Of a stretch of 64,000 bases of DNA, positions 1-11,444 are shown piece after piece. Source of the DNA: Dendrobates tinctorius (lineage: Eukaryota); contig NW_027361677.1 in NCBI RefSeq assembly GCF_039654945.1, forward strand, positions 19,096,001 to 19,160,000, given 5' to 3'. Position 1 is the first letter of the stretch. The number at the start of each line of letters is the position of its first letter. Below the pieces are notes generated by a model. The model saw only the letters and a program-made list of their open reading frames with translations. It was not told the DNA's origin and made no database searches. The translations under genes were made by a program, and so were the position numbers.

Positions 1-264
1 ATATTGCTAAAGCGTCACCGATTTTGTAACGCAGCAGCAATATCACTAGCGATATCGCTACATGTGATACTCACCTCCGACCGGCTTCCCCGCTGGTTAT
101 CGGTGATCGCGCGAGATCGGCCTGGTCCAATTCTCGTCGTCGGCTTCCTGCTGGCGCCGACGAGCGAGCCATGGACGCAGGCCAAAGACGTTACCCTCGC
201 CGCGTCTGACAGATGAGTACGACCGCTGCTGCATCGCTAGTGAGATGTGCCTGTAACGGGGCCT
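1..264. mobile_element. Right part of a Harbinger/Tourist-type MITE (cut by window edge)
   Basis: Ends ...TGTAACGGGGCCT|TAA. Shares internal 'agcgatatcgct' palindromic motifs with the elements at 1086-1528 and 44984-45649. Confidence 0.5.
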
Positions 265-553
265 TAACAGTACTGCAGACAGTAGTGACTTTGGCATGCC
301 ACGAGATAATGATATCACACGCAAGATTTATCAACAGGATCAAATATGGCATTGCCTAGAGCAACCAGACGTCAACTTTCATTTTCTTTACAACAGTGAT
401 GTGCGGCCCCTCAATATGGACTACATGATGGTCCACATCAGCAGATTACTATAGTGAATGATTAGAACCAGAAGTGAACCTCTACACGAAGACATACGGA
501 TATTCCCCAATATTTAAGCAATATACAAGAGACTTAAAATTTCACTAACTTAA

Positions 554-898
554 GGAGGTTTCACATTAGCGTTTCAGGGCGCAGCGACGTCCTGCGCACA
601 GCCGCCGCTAAGTCCCGCCCCTCCTCCGGTAGCTCCGTTACGCGTCCCCTATCTTTATCACTGGGGACGCAGGCCGTGTGCAGTATGCGTTTGGCGGCGC
701 CAGGTTGCGTTTGGCACTGGTCGGTGCACCGTCGCCAAACGCATACTGCGCACGGCCTGCGTCCCCAGTGATAAAGATAGGGAACGCAGGATGCATGCAG
801 CGTCATGAGCCGGTAGGCGGAGCTAGCGGAGGCGGGGCTTAGCGTTGGCCGTGCGCAGGCCGTCGCTGCGCCCTGAAACGCTAAATGTGAAACCACCC
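554..898. mobile_element. Palindromic Harbinger/Tourist-type MITE
   Basis: The whole element folds back on itself (GGAGGTTTCACATTAGCGTTTCAGGGCGCAGCGACG ... CGTCGCTGCGCCCTGAAACGCTAAATGTGAAACCACC), flanked by TAA/TTA. A related partial copy lies at 45001-45200. Confidence 0.7.
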
Positions 899-1085
899 TT
901 AGATGGTACCGCATTGGTCTGCGGACTTTCCACATGTAAAAATCTTCAGTCATTTTCCCCTAATGATCAATAGTTGGGCCAAAAATCAACAATTGATGGT
1001 TAGTCAAGAATCTGCATACATTAGTGCATGCCCTCATCTCCCGCCTTGGCTACTGCAACCTCCTGCTCTGTGGCCTCCCTTCTAA

Positions 1086-1528
1086 GGGTCCCGTTTCACT
1101 TAGCAACGCACCAGCGATCCCGACAACAACGATATGACCTGGTAAGTATTGCTGGTGCATTGCTAAATGGTCACTAGTAAGCTGCCAAACAGGCAGATCT
1201 CTTCAGCGACGCAGCAACGATCCAGCGATCCAAATAACGATCTCGGCGGTCGTTGGGACCTTGTCACACAGCGGCTTTTCTGACGATTCTCGCCTGCGTC
1301 CCTGAGTTCTGCGTCGCTAACGAGGTCGCTCGTCGGGGTCAAACACAGTGATGAGAACTGGCCAGCAGGACAGACGATTAAAAAATGGCTCAGGACATTC
1401 GAGCACGATCAGCGATATCCAGCGGGGGGGGGGGCGGCCAGTCGCCGCTGAGTGTCACATGTAGCAAGATCGCTGTTGCGTCACAAAATCGGTGACGCTT
1501 CAGCGATCTCGCTATGTGAGACGGGGCT
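1086..1528. mobile_element. Harbinger/Tourist-type MITE
   Basis: Imperfect TIRs GGTCCCGTTTCAC / GTGAGACGGGGCT with TAA on both sides. Confidence 0.6.
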
Positions 1529-1544
1529 TAACACTCTTGCACCC

Positions 1545-2148
1545 CTTCAATCTATACTAAAATCTGCTGCCCGACTAATCCACCTGTCCCCCAGCTATTC
1601 CCTAGCCTCTCCTCTGTCAATCCTTTAACTGGTTCCCCACTGCACAGAGGACTCCAGGTCAAATCCCTAACCATGACATACAAAGCCATCCACAACCTGT
1701 CTCCTCCATACATCTGTGCCCGAGTGTCCAACTACTTATCTGCACTCAACCTCTGATCCTCAAAAGATCTCCTTCACTACTCCCCACTTAACTCCTTCCC
1801 ACTATCACATGCATGATTATTCCTGTGCACCCCCCCCTACTCTAGAACTCTCTTCCCCGACACATCACTCTTACCTACAATGAAAACCCTCAAAAGGGAA
1901 CCTGAAGACCCACCTCTTCCAACAAGCCTACAATCTGCAGTAACCCTCGTTCCACCATAATGCTGCATGAACAGCGCTACCCTCACCCATCCCATGGGGA
2001 CAGTGAGCCCTCGTGGGCAGGGTCCTGTCTCCTCCTGTACCAGTAGGTGACTAGTTTTGTTCAAGATTATTGTACTTGATTTTCATTATGTGTATCCCTT
2101 TTCACATGTAAAGCGGCAAGGAATTAAAGGCGCTATAATAAATAAATA
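1545..2148 (+). mobile_element. Decayed 3' end of an L2/CR1-type LINE
   Basis: Remnant ORF2 C-terminus (..KSLTMTYKAIHNLSPPYI..) followed by a typical TGTAAAGCG...GGCGCTATA(AATA)n tail. Confidence 0.55.
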
Positions 2149-2793
2149 CAATGGTTTTAGACAACGCAATGTGAAGAACAATGTCAGCCTCATTAACACT
2201 ATCCAATCGCTTTACTGATAGTCACGCCTGGCCCCATACTTCCATTATCATGGCTGTTCTGAGCACCTATACGGGGCAATATCAACTGTACTGTGTATGG
2301 CTGCATCGCCGAAAAAAAAAAACCCCACACACCAGGCTGACGTATGCTGTACTTTTTTCTACTGTGTATGACTGCCAGCATTTATCTAAAAATATACTAA
2401 TCACCGTCTTCCCTTGGTCATTGAGCAGTGGCCCTATCGGTCTTGGTTTACAAGCACACAGGACTCAAGAGATCATTTACCATGCTACTATCATGGTGCA
2501 GTGTTGATGCCAACAGCATGTGGACAGAGCCCAACCAGACTAACATTACTCTAACCAGCAAGACAATGGTGCAAAAAAGTGACAGCTCTCAACACCCGTC
2601 TAGAGGCCACAAACAAGGCTGCGATAGGCACATCGATTTGCGCCAGCGCTACATGTGACCTCGGAAACCCACTGATCAGAGACAAGTTTGTAAACAAAGG
2701 CCGACGACTCCTACCTTGATAAATGAGGACAACGCACTGTATGTCATCCGCAGAACCCTGCATAGTTGAAGGGCAAACCAAAGTGTGTGTATT

Positions 2794-3526
2794 CAGGGCT
2801 TAGGAGTCAGTAAGCCAAACCTCCAACTCAGACTCCACAATTTCCATAACACCGACTCCTACAAACCAGGGCTGAGGAGTTGGTAAGCCAAACCTCCAAC
2901 TCCACAATTTCCATGACTCAGACTCCCTCATACCAGGGCTATGGAGTTGGTAAAGCAAACCTCCGACTCCTCAATTTCCATTAGGCCAGTTTCACACGTC
3001 AGTGTCTCCGATACGTGTAGTGACAGTTTTCTCACGTACCGGAGACACTGACACACGTAGACACATTCTAATGAATGTTTCTATGCAGATGTCAGCGTGT
3101 TTTCACAGACCGTGTGTCAGTGTGCAAAATATGCTGACAGGTCTGTTTTTGTGCAACAGCACGGATCACACGGACCCATACAAGTCAATGGGTCCGTGTA
3201 AACACGTACCGAACACGGATGGCGTCAAAGTCAAAGGGTTAACATTGAAACTAATTTTTCCAATACACGGATGGTACACACGGACATACGGATAGCACAC
3301 GGATGGCCTACATATGCACACGGACAGCTCCGGCACCGGTTTTCCCGGATAGCACACGGATGGCCTACATATACACACGGACAGCTCCGGTACCGGTTTT
3401 CCCGGATGGCCTACATATGCACACGGACAGCTCCGGTACCGGTTTTCCCGGTACTGGAATTATCTGGAAGTGTGAAACTGCCCTTACACTGATTCCACCA
3501 AAATGGGCTCCGACTCCACAGCCCTG
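2794..3526. mobile_element. Non-autonomous hAT element with subterminal ~60-bp repeats
   Basis: TIRs CAGGGCTTAGGAGTC / GACTCCACAGCCCTG. The 8-bp flanks tgtgtatt / cctgtatt match at 6 of 8. Three subterminal repeats at 2794-2980. Confidence 0.55.
2984..3483. mobile_element. Harbinger/Tourist-type MITE nested in the hAT element
   Basis: TTA|GGCCAGTTTCACAC ... GTGTGAAACTGCCC|TTA, with internal ~50-bp tandem repeats at 3290-3450. Confidence 0.65.
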
Positions 3527-4185
3527 CCTGTATTTCAACTGTGCAGGTGCAAGATATGTAGGGATCTGTGGAAGACGTTGGGACGAGGCATTCATATCTA
3601 TGAGGTACAGACCCCAGACGTGTACTCAACTGGACCGCGACGATCACATGGTTCAAACTTTTAGATAGGTCCTGCTCTCGGGATGGGCCCTCCCCAATGC
3701 ATATCTCAAATTCTGTAGATAGGGTGCCCAGTGGCATACTGAGTGCTGGGACCCCCATAGATCCCAAGAACAGAGAGCCCCATCCGGAAACGTGTAGAGG
3801 TACCAGAGACCCCAAAACGGTGACGACTGAGGGAGGGAGGGGTCTCAGCACTCAGGAAAAAGTCCCCTGAGTTCTGAAGAACAGAGTCCAATACTGAATG
3901 GTGTAGGAGGTGCCCGAGACCCCCAAAGAGGTGCTGAGGGGATTACTTATTGAATGCTGGAACCCCCAGAGATCTCAAGAACAAAGCCCCATCCTGAATG
4001 GTGTAACGGTGCCCAAGACTGCTGGAACTAACCAAGTGGGACAAACGGCGTGGAAGACATTTACACCCCCATTATCAAGTTCATCCAAAGCCTCATGGAA
4101 AATAATCCACAGAAATCTCCAGATTCAATCCACTACCACCCAAAAGACCACCACCACATGTAAATCCCAGCGCTGCAGCCAGGCA

Positions 4186-4750
4186 TCCCCCATGGTAGAG
4201 GCTACGGGGTCCGCCCCCCCCCCATGGTAGAGGCTACGGGGTCCGCCCCCCCCCCATGGTAGAGGCTACGGGGTCCGCCCCCCCCCCCCATGGTAGAGGC
4301 TACGGGGTCCGCCCCCCCCCCCCCATGGTAGAGGCTACGGGGTCCCCCCCCCCCCATGGTAGAGGCTACGGGGTCCCCCCCCCCCCCATGGTAGAGGCTA
4401 CGGGGTCCCCCCCCCCCATGGTAGAGGCTACGGGGTCCCCCCCCCATGGTAGAGGCTACGGGGTCCCCCCCCCCCCATGGTAGAGGCTACGGGGTCCCCC
4501 CCCCCCCATGGTAGAGGCTACGGGGTCCCCCCCCCCCATGGTAGAGGCTACGGGGTCCCCCCCCCCCATGGTAGAGGCTACGGGGTCCCCCCCCCCCATG
4601 GTAGAGGCTACGGGGTCCCCCCCCCCCATGGTAGAGGCTACGGGGTCCCCCCCATCCCCGGTGAAGAGGATACGGTGCCCCCCATCCCCGGTGAAGAGGA
4701 TACGGTGCCCCCCATCCCCGGTGAAGAGGATACGGTGCCCCCCATCCCCG
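4186..4750. repeat. ~30-bp C-rich minisatellite (about 15 copies of CCCCCATGGTAGAGGCTACGGGGTCCCC, then 3 copies of CCCATCCCCGGTGAAGAGGATACGGTGCCC)
   Basis: Tandem units are directly visible, with variable C-run length. Confidence 0.95.
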
Positions 4751-4758
4751 GCTCTTAC

Positions 4759-5250
4759 CGTGCGCGCTGCTCTCCGGGCGGCAGTGGTCAGTCCCGACTC
4801 CCTGGCGGTTGGGGCCCCGCGGTGTTCGGACCGGTTCTGAGGAGGAGGAGGAGGGAGGGAAGGCCGCGAACTTGCGCATGGACCCAGCGGGGACCGCGGC
4901 CTACCTCCCCCTCCTCCCCTCCTCCGGTAACCGGGATGGAAGTGTGGGGGGGAGGGGAACGGAAACCAGCGACAGCCGATAACCCAACGTGTGAGCGCGG
5001 AAGGGGGTCGGCTGCGAAGCTTCTCCTGAACAGCAGCGTCCGGTAAACGAGGTCCTGACAGGAAAAAGGGGAGGAGGGGGAAAAAAGGCCCAAAATGAAG
5101 TAAAGGTGACCAAAAACACGGCGAGGCTGAGTCCCGAGCGCGCGGCGAGCGGCGGTGGTGGGGGAGGCGGAGCCCCCGCTGCCGGTTGTGTCTCCTCAGA
5201 GGCCGCTCCCGTGCGCGCCCCCAAACGCTTGCATCGCGAGCCGCTTCTAC
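4759..5250 (-). other. ANKRD11: CpG-island non-coding first exon, probably ANKRD11
   Basis: CpG-rich island with a strong minus-strand donor GCACG|GTAAGAG (intron starts 4758), oriented head-to-head with SPG7. ANKRD11 occupies this position in vertebrates and has non-coding 5' exons. No coding exon is in the window, so the name is synteny-based and the TSS is approximate. Confidence 0.55.
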
Positions 5251-5259
5251 GCGCCCTTT

Positions 5260-5610
5260 GACTCCCTCAAGGCGCGCTCCCCGGGAGAGAAGAAAGTGGG
5301 TGGGTAGAAGGCGACGTGACGCGCTCTCCTATTGGCTGACGCCTCAGCGACTGGCTGCCTCGGCGACTCTCATTGGTCGAGTGACGCAAAGGACAGATGC
5401 GGAGGTGGGAGGAGCGAGAGAAGAGGGCGCGAGAAAGGGGGCGGGGCGCTGCTGCCATCGCTTCCCTGCTTCTGTTGTGTGTATGTTGGGATTGACGTCA
5501 TGAGAGGGGCGGGGCTAAGTCTTATCTGTCAATCTTAGATAGACTGCATTCTGATTGGTCTGATCTCCTTCTGTTGCTACACACAGACGTTCCCGCCCCT
5601 TTGCTGCACA
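5260..5610. promoter_or_regulatory. CpG-island promoter with CCAAT boxes, GC boxes and CRE
   Basis: ATTGG at about 5331, 5372 and 5554; GGGGCGGGG at about 5438 and 5506; TGACGTCA at 5493-5500; additional ACGTGACG motif. Confidence 0.65.
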
Positions 5611-5683
5611 TGACTGAGCCCATTCCATGTACATAGCATGTGGACATCATGTGTCATACCTGTGTGATTAGGGAGTTTTTTAA

Positions 5684-6101
5684 AGGGGTTGTCTACTTTT
5701 GGAACCATTTTTTTTTTTACTTAGATGCATAGATTTGAGGCAAAAAATTATTTTTGCATTTGGGCTTCATTAAACATTTTGCACCGTTTGGCTTTTACAG
5801 GCGCTTTGTTTCCCTCTAAATTCAAGTTTGATGTTATCTTTGCTCATAAATAATCTGAGACGAGCTAGAAAAAAAAAGACATGCAAGAGTTATCAACTCG
5901 CCTCTGAGCTCGCTGACAGATTCTCAGTTAACTCTCAGAAATAAACACCGCAGCACGGAGTCTATAGAAGGCAATATAGCATTGTCATGGCGTGTAGAAG
6001 GCCGTGTCTGCCATGGCTGTACTCCCATGACACTGGGCCAATTGCAGGGTCTTCAGAGAAGATTGATCATTGTGCACCACATACATGTAATATATATACA
6101 G

Positions 6102-6132
<31 letters not shown>

Positions 6133-6409
6133 GCAGGGTCTAGTGGAGCGACGGACTATATTCACCGGCTCAAACAGCATTGCAGAGGCCTCTGCCAGGA
6201 CAGGAAGCAATGTAATTTGACTGCTAAGGCTTGTGATTGGCTGCAGCGGTCAGGAGGCTGTGTCCCAGCTGCAGCCAATCACAGACTTCAGCGACACATC
6301 ATCGATTCCTTTATCAATCGACCTATGCTAAACCATCGGGAGGCAGAGTCGGGGAGTATATCTTCTTTAATACTTTATAGCCAACACCTTCATGGTTGTC
6401 ACAACCCCT
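5684..6409. mobile_element. Kolobok/T2-type MITE
   Basis: TTAA|AGGGGTTGT ... ACAACCCCT|TTAA, with an internal (TA)n at about 6102-6130. Confidence 0.5.
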
Positions 6410-6905
6410 TTAAAGCCCCCCATACACATTAGTGCAATGTCAGCTGAAGCCATCAATTTCAGTGGTACGGTCAAAATGTCTTATGTGCACGAGCAAAGCT
6501 GCTAATCAGTGGCTGGACCGGCGGGAGGCACAAGACAACTAGTCCTGCAGTGATAATCTCCTGATGATAAAACACTCATTGTAGTGAAACAGCAAAGTAA
6601 GCAAGTGGCACATTGCTGGAATCAGGCTCTCTTCCTCTACATCATGGTGCTCTCAGATTATGTAGATAGCAAAAACCTGCAGACAAATTCCCTTTAATAG
6701 GAAAACGGACCGTGCCCTGTAATTTACTAGTCTACTTGGGCAACAGATCCTCTTTAATTCCCCCCAAAAAATAACATTAGTGACTGTAAATATCTAAAAA
6801 TACGACCAGATTATTTTTCTTGTTGTCAACATTTCGCCTAAGTGGTGCCACAAGGTGACCGCACAAACCTCCCCCAAGATGCCCCTTTTCTTTAGTATAG
6901 TGTCC

Positions 6906-7445
6906 TTATCCCCCGGTGACTCTGCCCTGCTTCCCGCGGATCCATGACACCTGGTTTGGGGTTTTTGCCTGCTGTAATCGCTTTTTTTCGGAGGAACCAA
7001 GGTTTTTAATCTTAGTTATGACCTTGCTTGTCAACTGAAGACATCTTGCTATCATCAGTGGAGAGCTGCGACCCCCGATGCCAGGACAGCTGGAATGACC
7101 ATGCATCTTATCCAGAATATTTGGGCCCGTGCCCAAAAGATGGAAACTTACCCCACAGAAGACGAAGACAGAACCACGTCGTGCTACTCTGTGCAGATTT
7201 CCAAAACGTGTTCTAAGGTCATTGGGAGACCCCACTGCAATCCGTCTAAGATCAGCGATCCATCTTAAAGTCCCGGATTGCCCTCTTAACGGGATTGATT
7301 CAATGTATTCTCTGATCTCCAGAATGGAGGGATTTTTAATTTTACAGATCTTTGGCCTCCTCTGCAAGTTGCAAGCGCAGTTATGAAGTTGACCGGATTG
7401 CTGGATCCCACCATTTTCAAGCTGCTGAGGCAAAGCTTTCCCCAT
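6906..7445 (-). CDS. Orphan ORF, 179 aa from ATG (stop-free for 225 codons), function unknown
   Basis: Longest ORF in non-repetitive sequence. ATG is in strong Kozak context (GTGATGG), with an upstream acceptor TTTCCCAG at 7671. No recognisable domain. Confidence 0.2.
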   Translation of the reverse strand: MGKALPQQLENGGIQQSGQLHNCACNLQRRPKICKIKNPSILEIREYIESIPLRGQSGTLRWIADLRRIAVGSPNDLRTRFGNLHRVARRGSVFVFCGVSFHLLGTGPNILDKMHGHSSCPGIGGRSSPLMIARCLQLTSKVITKIKNLGSSEKKRLQQAKTPNQVSWIRGKQGRVTGG

Positions 7446-7739
7446 CACTGCCCTCCCTAGGGGGGAGCACACCACCCCCCAGCCTCCCAACTCCCTGCCT
7501 GCCGGAGGCGGTGCGCTCCTGAAGATTGACAGTTTGCTCCAGCGGAGGGGCGATGAAGATGGCCAGATAAAGCTCTCTAGCAAACCTTACAAGATCTATG
7601 AGAAAGAGCTTGTAAAAGATGCACTCCTTGCTGAGGCATCTAGCTATCACTGATTGACTGCAGCGGTGACCTGGGAAATGAGCAGTAAACAATAACATTC
7701 CTCGAGAATGAAGAGACAAGTACATTGTAGTGTTGCTTG

Positions 7740-7920
7740 TTTTTATTATTTTGTTATGCTTACTTATATATATATCGACATCATATTCCGCAGCGCTTTA
7801 CAGACATTATCATCTCTGTCCCCATTGGGGCTCTCAAGTTCCCGATCACTCTGTCTTGGAGTGTGGGAGGAAACCGGAGAACCTGGAGGAAACCTATTCA
7901 CACACGGGGAGGACATACAA
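7740..7920 (-). mobile_element. V-SINE-like fragment
   Basis: GTGGGAGGAAACCGGAGAACCTGGAGGAAACC...CACACGGGGAGGACATAC is the reverse-strand V-domain-like motif. An L2-type tail (TGTAAAGCGCTGCGG...AATAATAAAA) lies on the minus strand. Confidence 0.5.
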
Positions 7921-8304
7921 TGAGGATGAGAATATATATACACTGTCTACACCTATATCCATTACACGGCAGGCAGTCGGTGTCAACCCCCTCTAGTTCT
8001 ACGTTATTGGGGGACAGTATTTACTGGGCGCGTTACGTCACTGGTCATACATCTCCTTTTCCTTCCTGTTTTTGTCGGATGTGACCCTACATACAGTACA
8101 AAACACGGCCTTCTATTCGTTATAGTGCGGCGCCCTCTGTCTTTCAGGTTGCACATTCGCACAGACGCGCGCTCTGCGGGACGGGGAATCCGACGATTGT
8201 TAGGAGCATCACTTATATTCCCACTGGGGAGCGGCCGCGTTATTACAGGGGTTCTCCACTACTTTATATTAATTTTAAAAAAAATGGTCCCATGGTTCCT
8301 CTAT

Positions 8305-10810
8305 CAGTGGGGACGTCAGGGGCCGCTGCAGCCAATTTGATTCTCTTTCCAGTGGAGGATGTCAGGGGATCACTGCAGCCAATTTGTTTCCTCTATCAGT
8401 GGGGGATGTCAGGGGACCACTGCAGCCAATTTGTTTCCTCTATCAGTGGGGGATGTCAGGGGACCACTGCAGCCAATTAGTTTCTTTTTCCAGTAGGGGA
8501 TGTCAGGGGGCCGCTGCAGCCAATTAGATTCTTTTTCCAGTGGGGGATGTCAGGGGACCACTGCAGCCAATTTGTTTCCTCTATCAGTGGGGGATGTCAG
8601 GGGACCACTGCAGCCAATTAGTTTCTTTTTCCAGTAGGGGATGTCAGGGGACTGCTGCAGCCAATTAGATTCTTTTTCCAGTGGAGGATGTCAGGGGGCC
8701 GCTGCAGACAATTAGATTCTTTTTCCAGTGGGGGATGTCAGAGGACTGCTGCAGCCAATTTGATTATTTTTCCAGTGGGGGATGTCAGTGGACCGCTGCA
8801 GCCAATTAGATTCTTTTTCCAGTGCAGGATGTCAGGGGATCACTGCAGCCAATTAGTTTCCTTTTCTAGTGGGTGATGTCAGAGAACCACTGCAGCAAAT
8901 TAGCTTCTTTATCCATTGGGGGATGTCAGGGGACCACTGCAGCCAATTTTATTCTTTTTCCAGTGGGGGATGTCAGGGAACCGCTGCAGCCAATTAGATT
9001 CTTTTTCCAGTGGAGGATGTCAGGGGACCACTGCAGCCAATTAGTTTCATTTTCTAGTGGGTGATGTCAGAGAACCACTGCAGCCAATTTACTTCCTTTT
9101 CCAGTGGGGGATGTCAGGGGACTGCTGCAGCCAATTAGCTTCTTTTTCCAGTGGGGGATGTCAGGGGACCGCTGCAGCCAATTAGCTTCTTTTTCCAGTG
9201 GGGGATGTCAGGGGACCGCTGCAGCCAATTAGATTCTTTTTCCAGTCGGGGATGTCAGGGGACCGCTGCAGCCAATTAGCTTCTTTTTCCAGTGGGGGAT
9301 GTCAGGGGACTGCTGCAGCCAATTAGCTTCTTTTTCCAGTGGGGGATGTCAGGGGACTGCTGCAGCCAATTAGATTCTTTTTCCAGTGGGGGATGTCAGG
9401 GGGCCGCTGCAGACAATTAGATTCTTTTTCCAGTGGGGGATGTCAGAGGACCGCTGCAGCCAATTTGATTATTTTTCCAGTGGGGGATGTCAGGGGACCG
9501 CAGCAGCCAATTAGATTCTTTTTCCAGTGCAGGATGTCAGGGGATCACTGCAGCCAATTAGTTTCCTTTTCTAGTGGTTGATGTCAGAGAACCACTGCAG
9601 CAAATTAGCTTCTTTATCCATTGGGGGATGTCAGGGGACCACTGCAGCCAATTTTATTCTTTTTCCAGTGGGGGATGTCAGGGAACCGCTGCAGCCAATT
9701 AGATTCTTTTTCCAGTGGAGGATGTCAGGGGACCACTGCAGCCAATTAGTTTCATTTTATAGTGGGTGATGTCAGAGAACCACTGCAGCCAATTTACTTC
9801 CTTTTCCAGTGGGGGATGTCAGGGGACCGCTGCAGCCAATTAGCTTCTTTTTCCAGTGGGGGATGTCAGGGGACCGCTGCAGCCAATTAGCTTCTTTTTC
9901 CAGTGGGGGATGTCAGGGGACCGCTGCAGCCAATTAGCTTCTTTTTCCAGTGGGGGATGTCAGGGGACCGCTGCAGCCAATTAGCTTCTTTTTCCAGTGG
10001 GGGATGTCAGGGGACTGCTGCAGCCAATTAGCTTCTTTTTCCAGTGGGGGATGTCAGGGGACTGCTGCAGCCAATTAGCTTCTTTTTCCAGTGGGGGATG
10101 TCAGGGGACCGCTGCAGCCACTTAGCTTCTTTTTCCAGTGGGGGATGTCAGGGGACCGCTGCAGCCAATTAGATTCTTTTTCCAGTGGAGGATGTCAGGG
10201 GACCGCTGCAGCCAATTAGTTTCCTTTTGTAGTGGGTGATGTCAGAGAACCACTGCAGCCAATTTACTTCCTTTTCCAGTGGGGGATGTCAGTGGACCGC
10301 TGCAGCCAATTAGATTCTTTTTACAATGGGGGATGTCAGGGGACCGCTGCAGTCAATTATCTTTCTCTTGTGGCTGGGGACATCTGGTGACCACTGCAGA
10401 CAATTAGCTTCCGTTTTCGGCAGGGAATGTCTGGTTACTGCTGCAGCCAATTAGAGTCTACTTTTGGTGGGGGACGTCAAGTGCAGACAATTAGCTTCCT
10501 TTTCCATTTGGGGATTTCAGGGAACTACAGCAACCAATTAGCTTTCTTTTCCAGCAGCGGACATAAGAAGACCGCTGCAGACAATTACCTTTCTCTTCCG
10601 GTGGGGAACATCTAGTGACCGCTGCAGACAATTACCTTTCTCTTCCGGTGGGAACATCTAGTGACCGCTGCAGACAATTACCTTTCTCTTCCGGTGGGAA
10701 CATCTAGTGACCGCTGCAGACAATTACCTTTCTCTTCCGGTGGGAACATCTAGTGACCACTGCAGACAATTACCTTTCTCTTCCGGTGGGAACATCTAGT
10801 GACTGCTGCA
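8305..10810. repeat. 47-bp minisatellite (CCAGTGGGGGATGTCAGGGGACCGCTGCAGCCAATTAGCTTCTTTTT), about 50 copies
   Basis: Tandem array with a higher-order 705-bp (15-unit) duplication. A diverged ~46-bp variant occupies 10570-10810. Confidence 0.95.
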
Positions 10811-11326
10811 GTCTTCTGCTGGGTTTTTGTCATGTTCCCCCACCCTGACCCACCAGATCCCCCTTCTTGTACAATTTTAGTTTGCAGATGTTTATAGAAC
10901 ATGTCGGCTTGACGTTTCCAGGAGGAATAACCGCAGCTCGTGCCACAAAAGTCTGATACACTCCGTCTACTAAAAAATGGAAAAAAAAAAGTTATGTCCC
11001 TAGACTTTGGTGATTTCAGGCATTTTTTTGCAAGTTTTTATATATTAATTTTTTAATACTAAAAAAAGGACAATAAAGAAAAAAAACACCTGGTCCTAAA
11101 GGGGTTAACACAGAGCTATTATAACATGGAGCACATTATAAGGATTTATATTACAGGACAATGAGGATGAGGGGCAGTGATGGCGCCTCCTCCGGTGACG
11201 GCTCCTGGGCTGGGGCCTCTGCTCGTCTGATGACAGTGGGCGGGCAGAGCCCTCGGTCTCGGAGTCTTGTGCTCAGTCACTAGGCCGCGGAGAAGCCTCG
11301 GCCTTGATTATCAGCCCGGCCCACAC

Positions 11327-11437
11327 ATGGGGCCACTGCTGCGGGCTCTCGGGAGGAGGCCGGCCGGTCTGTGCGGAGCGTGGAGGCTGCTGAGCAGGAC
11401 AGGGAACAGGAGCAGCAGCTCCGGGAGATTACTACAG
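11327..11437 (+). CDS. SPG7: SPG7 exon 1 (mitochondrial targeting peptide)
   Basis: MGPLLRALGRRPAGLCGAWRLLSRTGNRSSSSGRLLQ is Arg/Leu/Ser-rich with no acidic residues. Donor CAG|GTATAT; phase 0 fits exon 2. Confidence 0.8.
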
Positions 11438-11444
11438 GTATATG

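Noticed and set aside
4477-5503. GC-rich ORFs over the CpG island as ANKRD11 coding sequence
   Set aside because: No ankyrin or ANKRD11-like peptide; stop-poor because of GC content and the minisatellite.
11180-11230. Upstream in-frame ATG as an alternative SPG7 start
   Set aside because: In frame with 11327 but closed by TGA TGA after 16 codons; at most a uORF.
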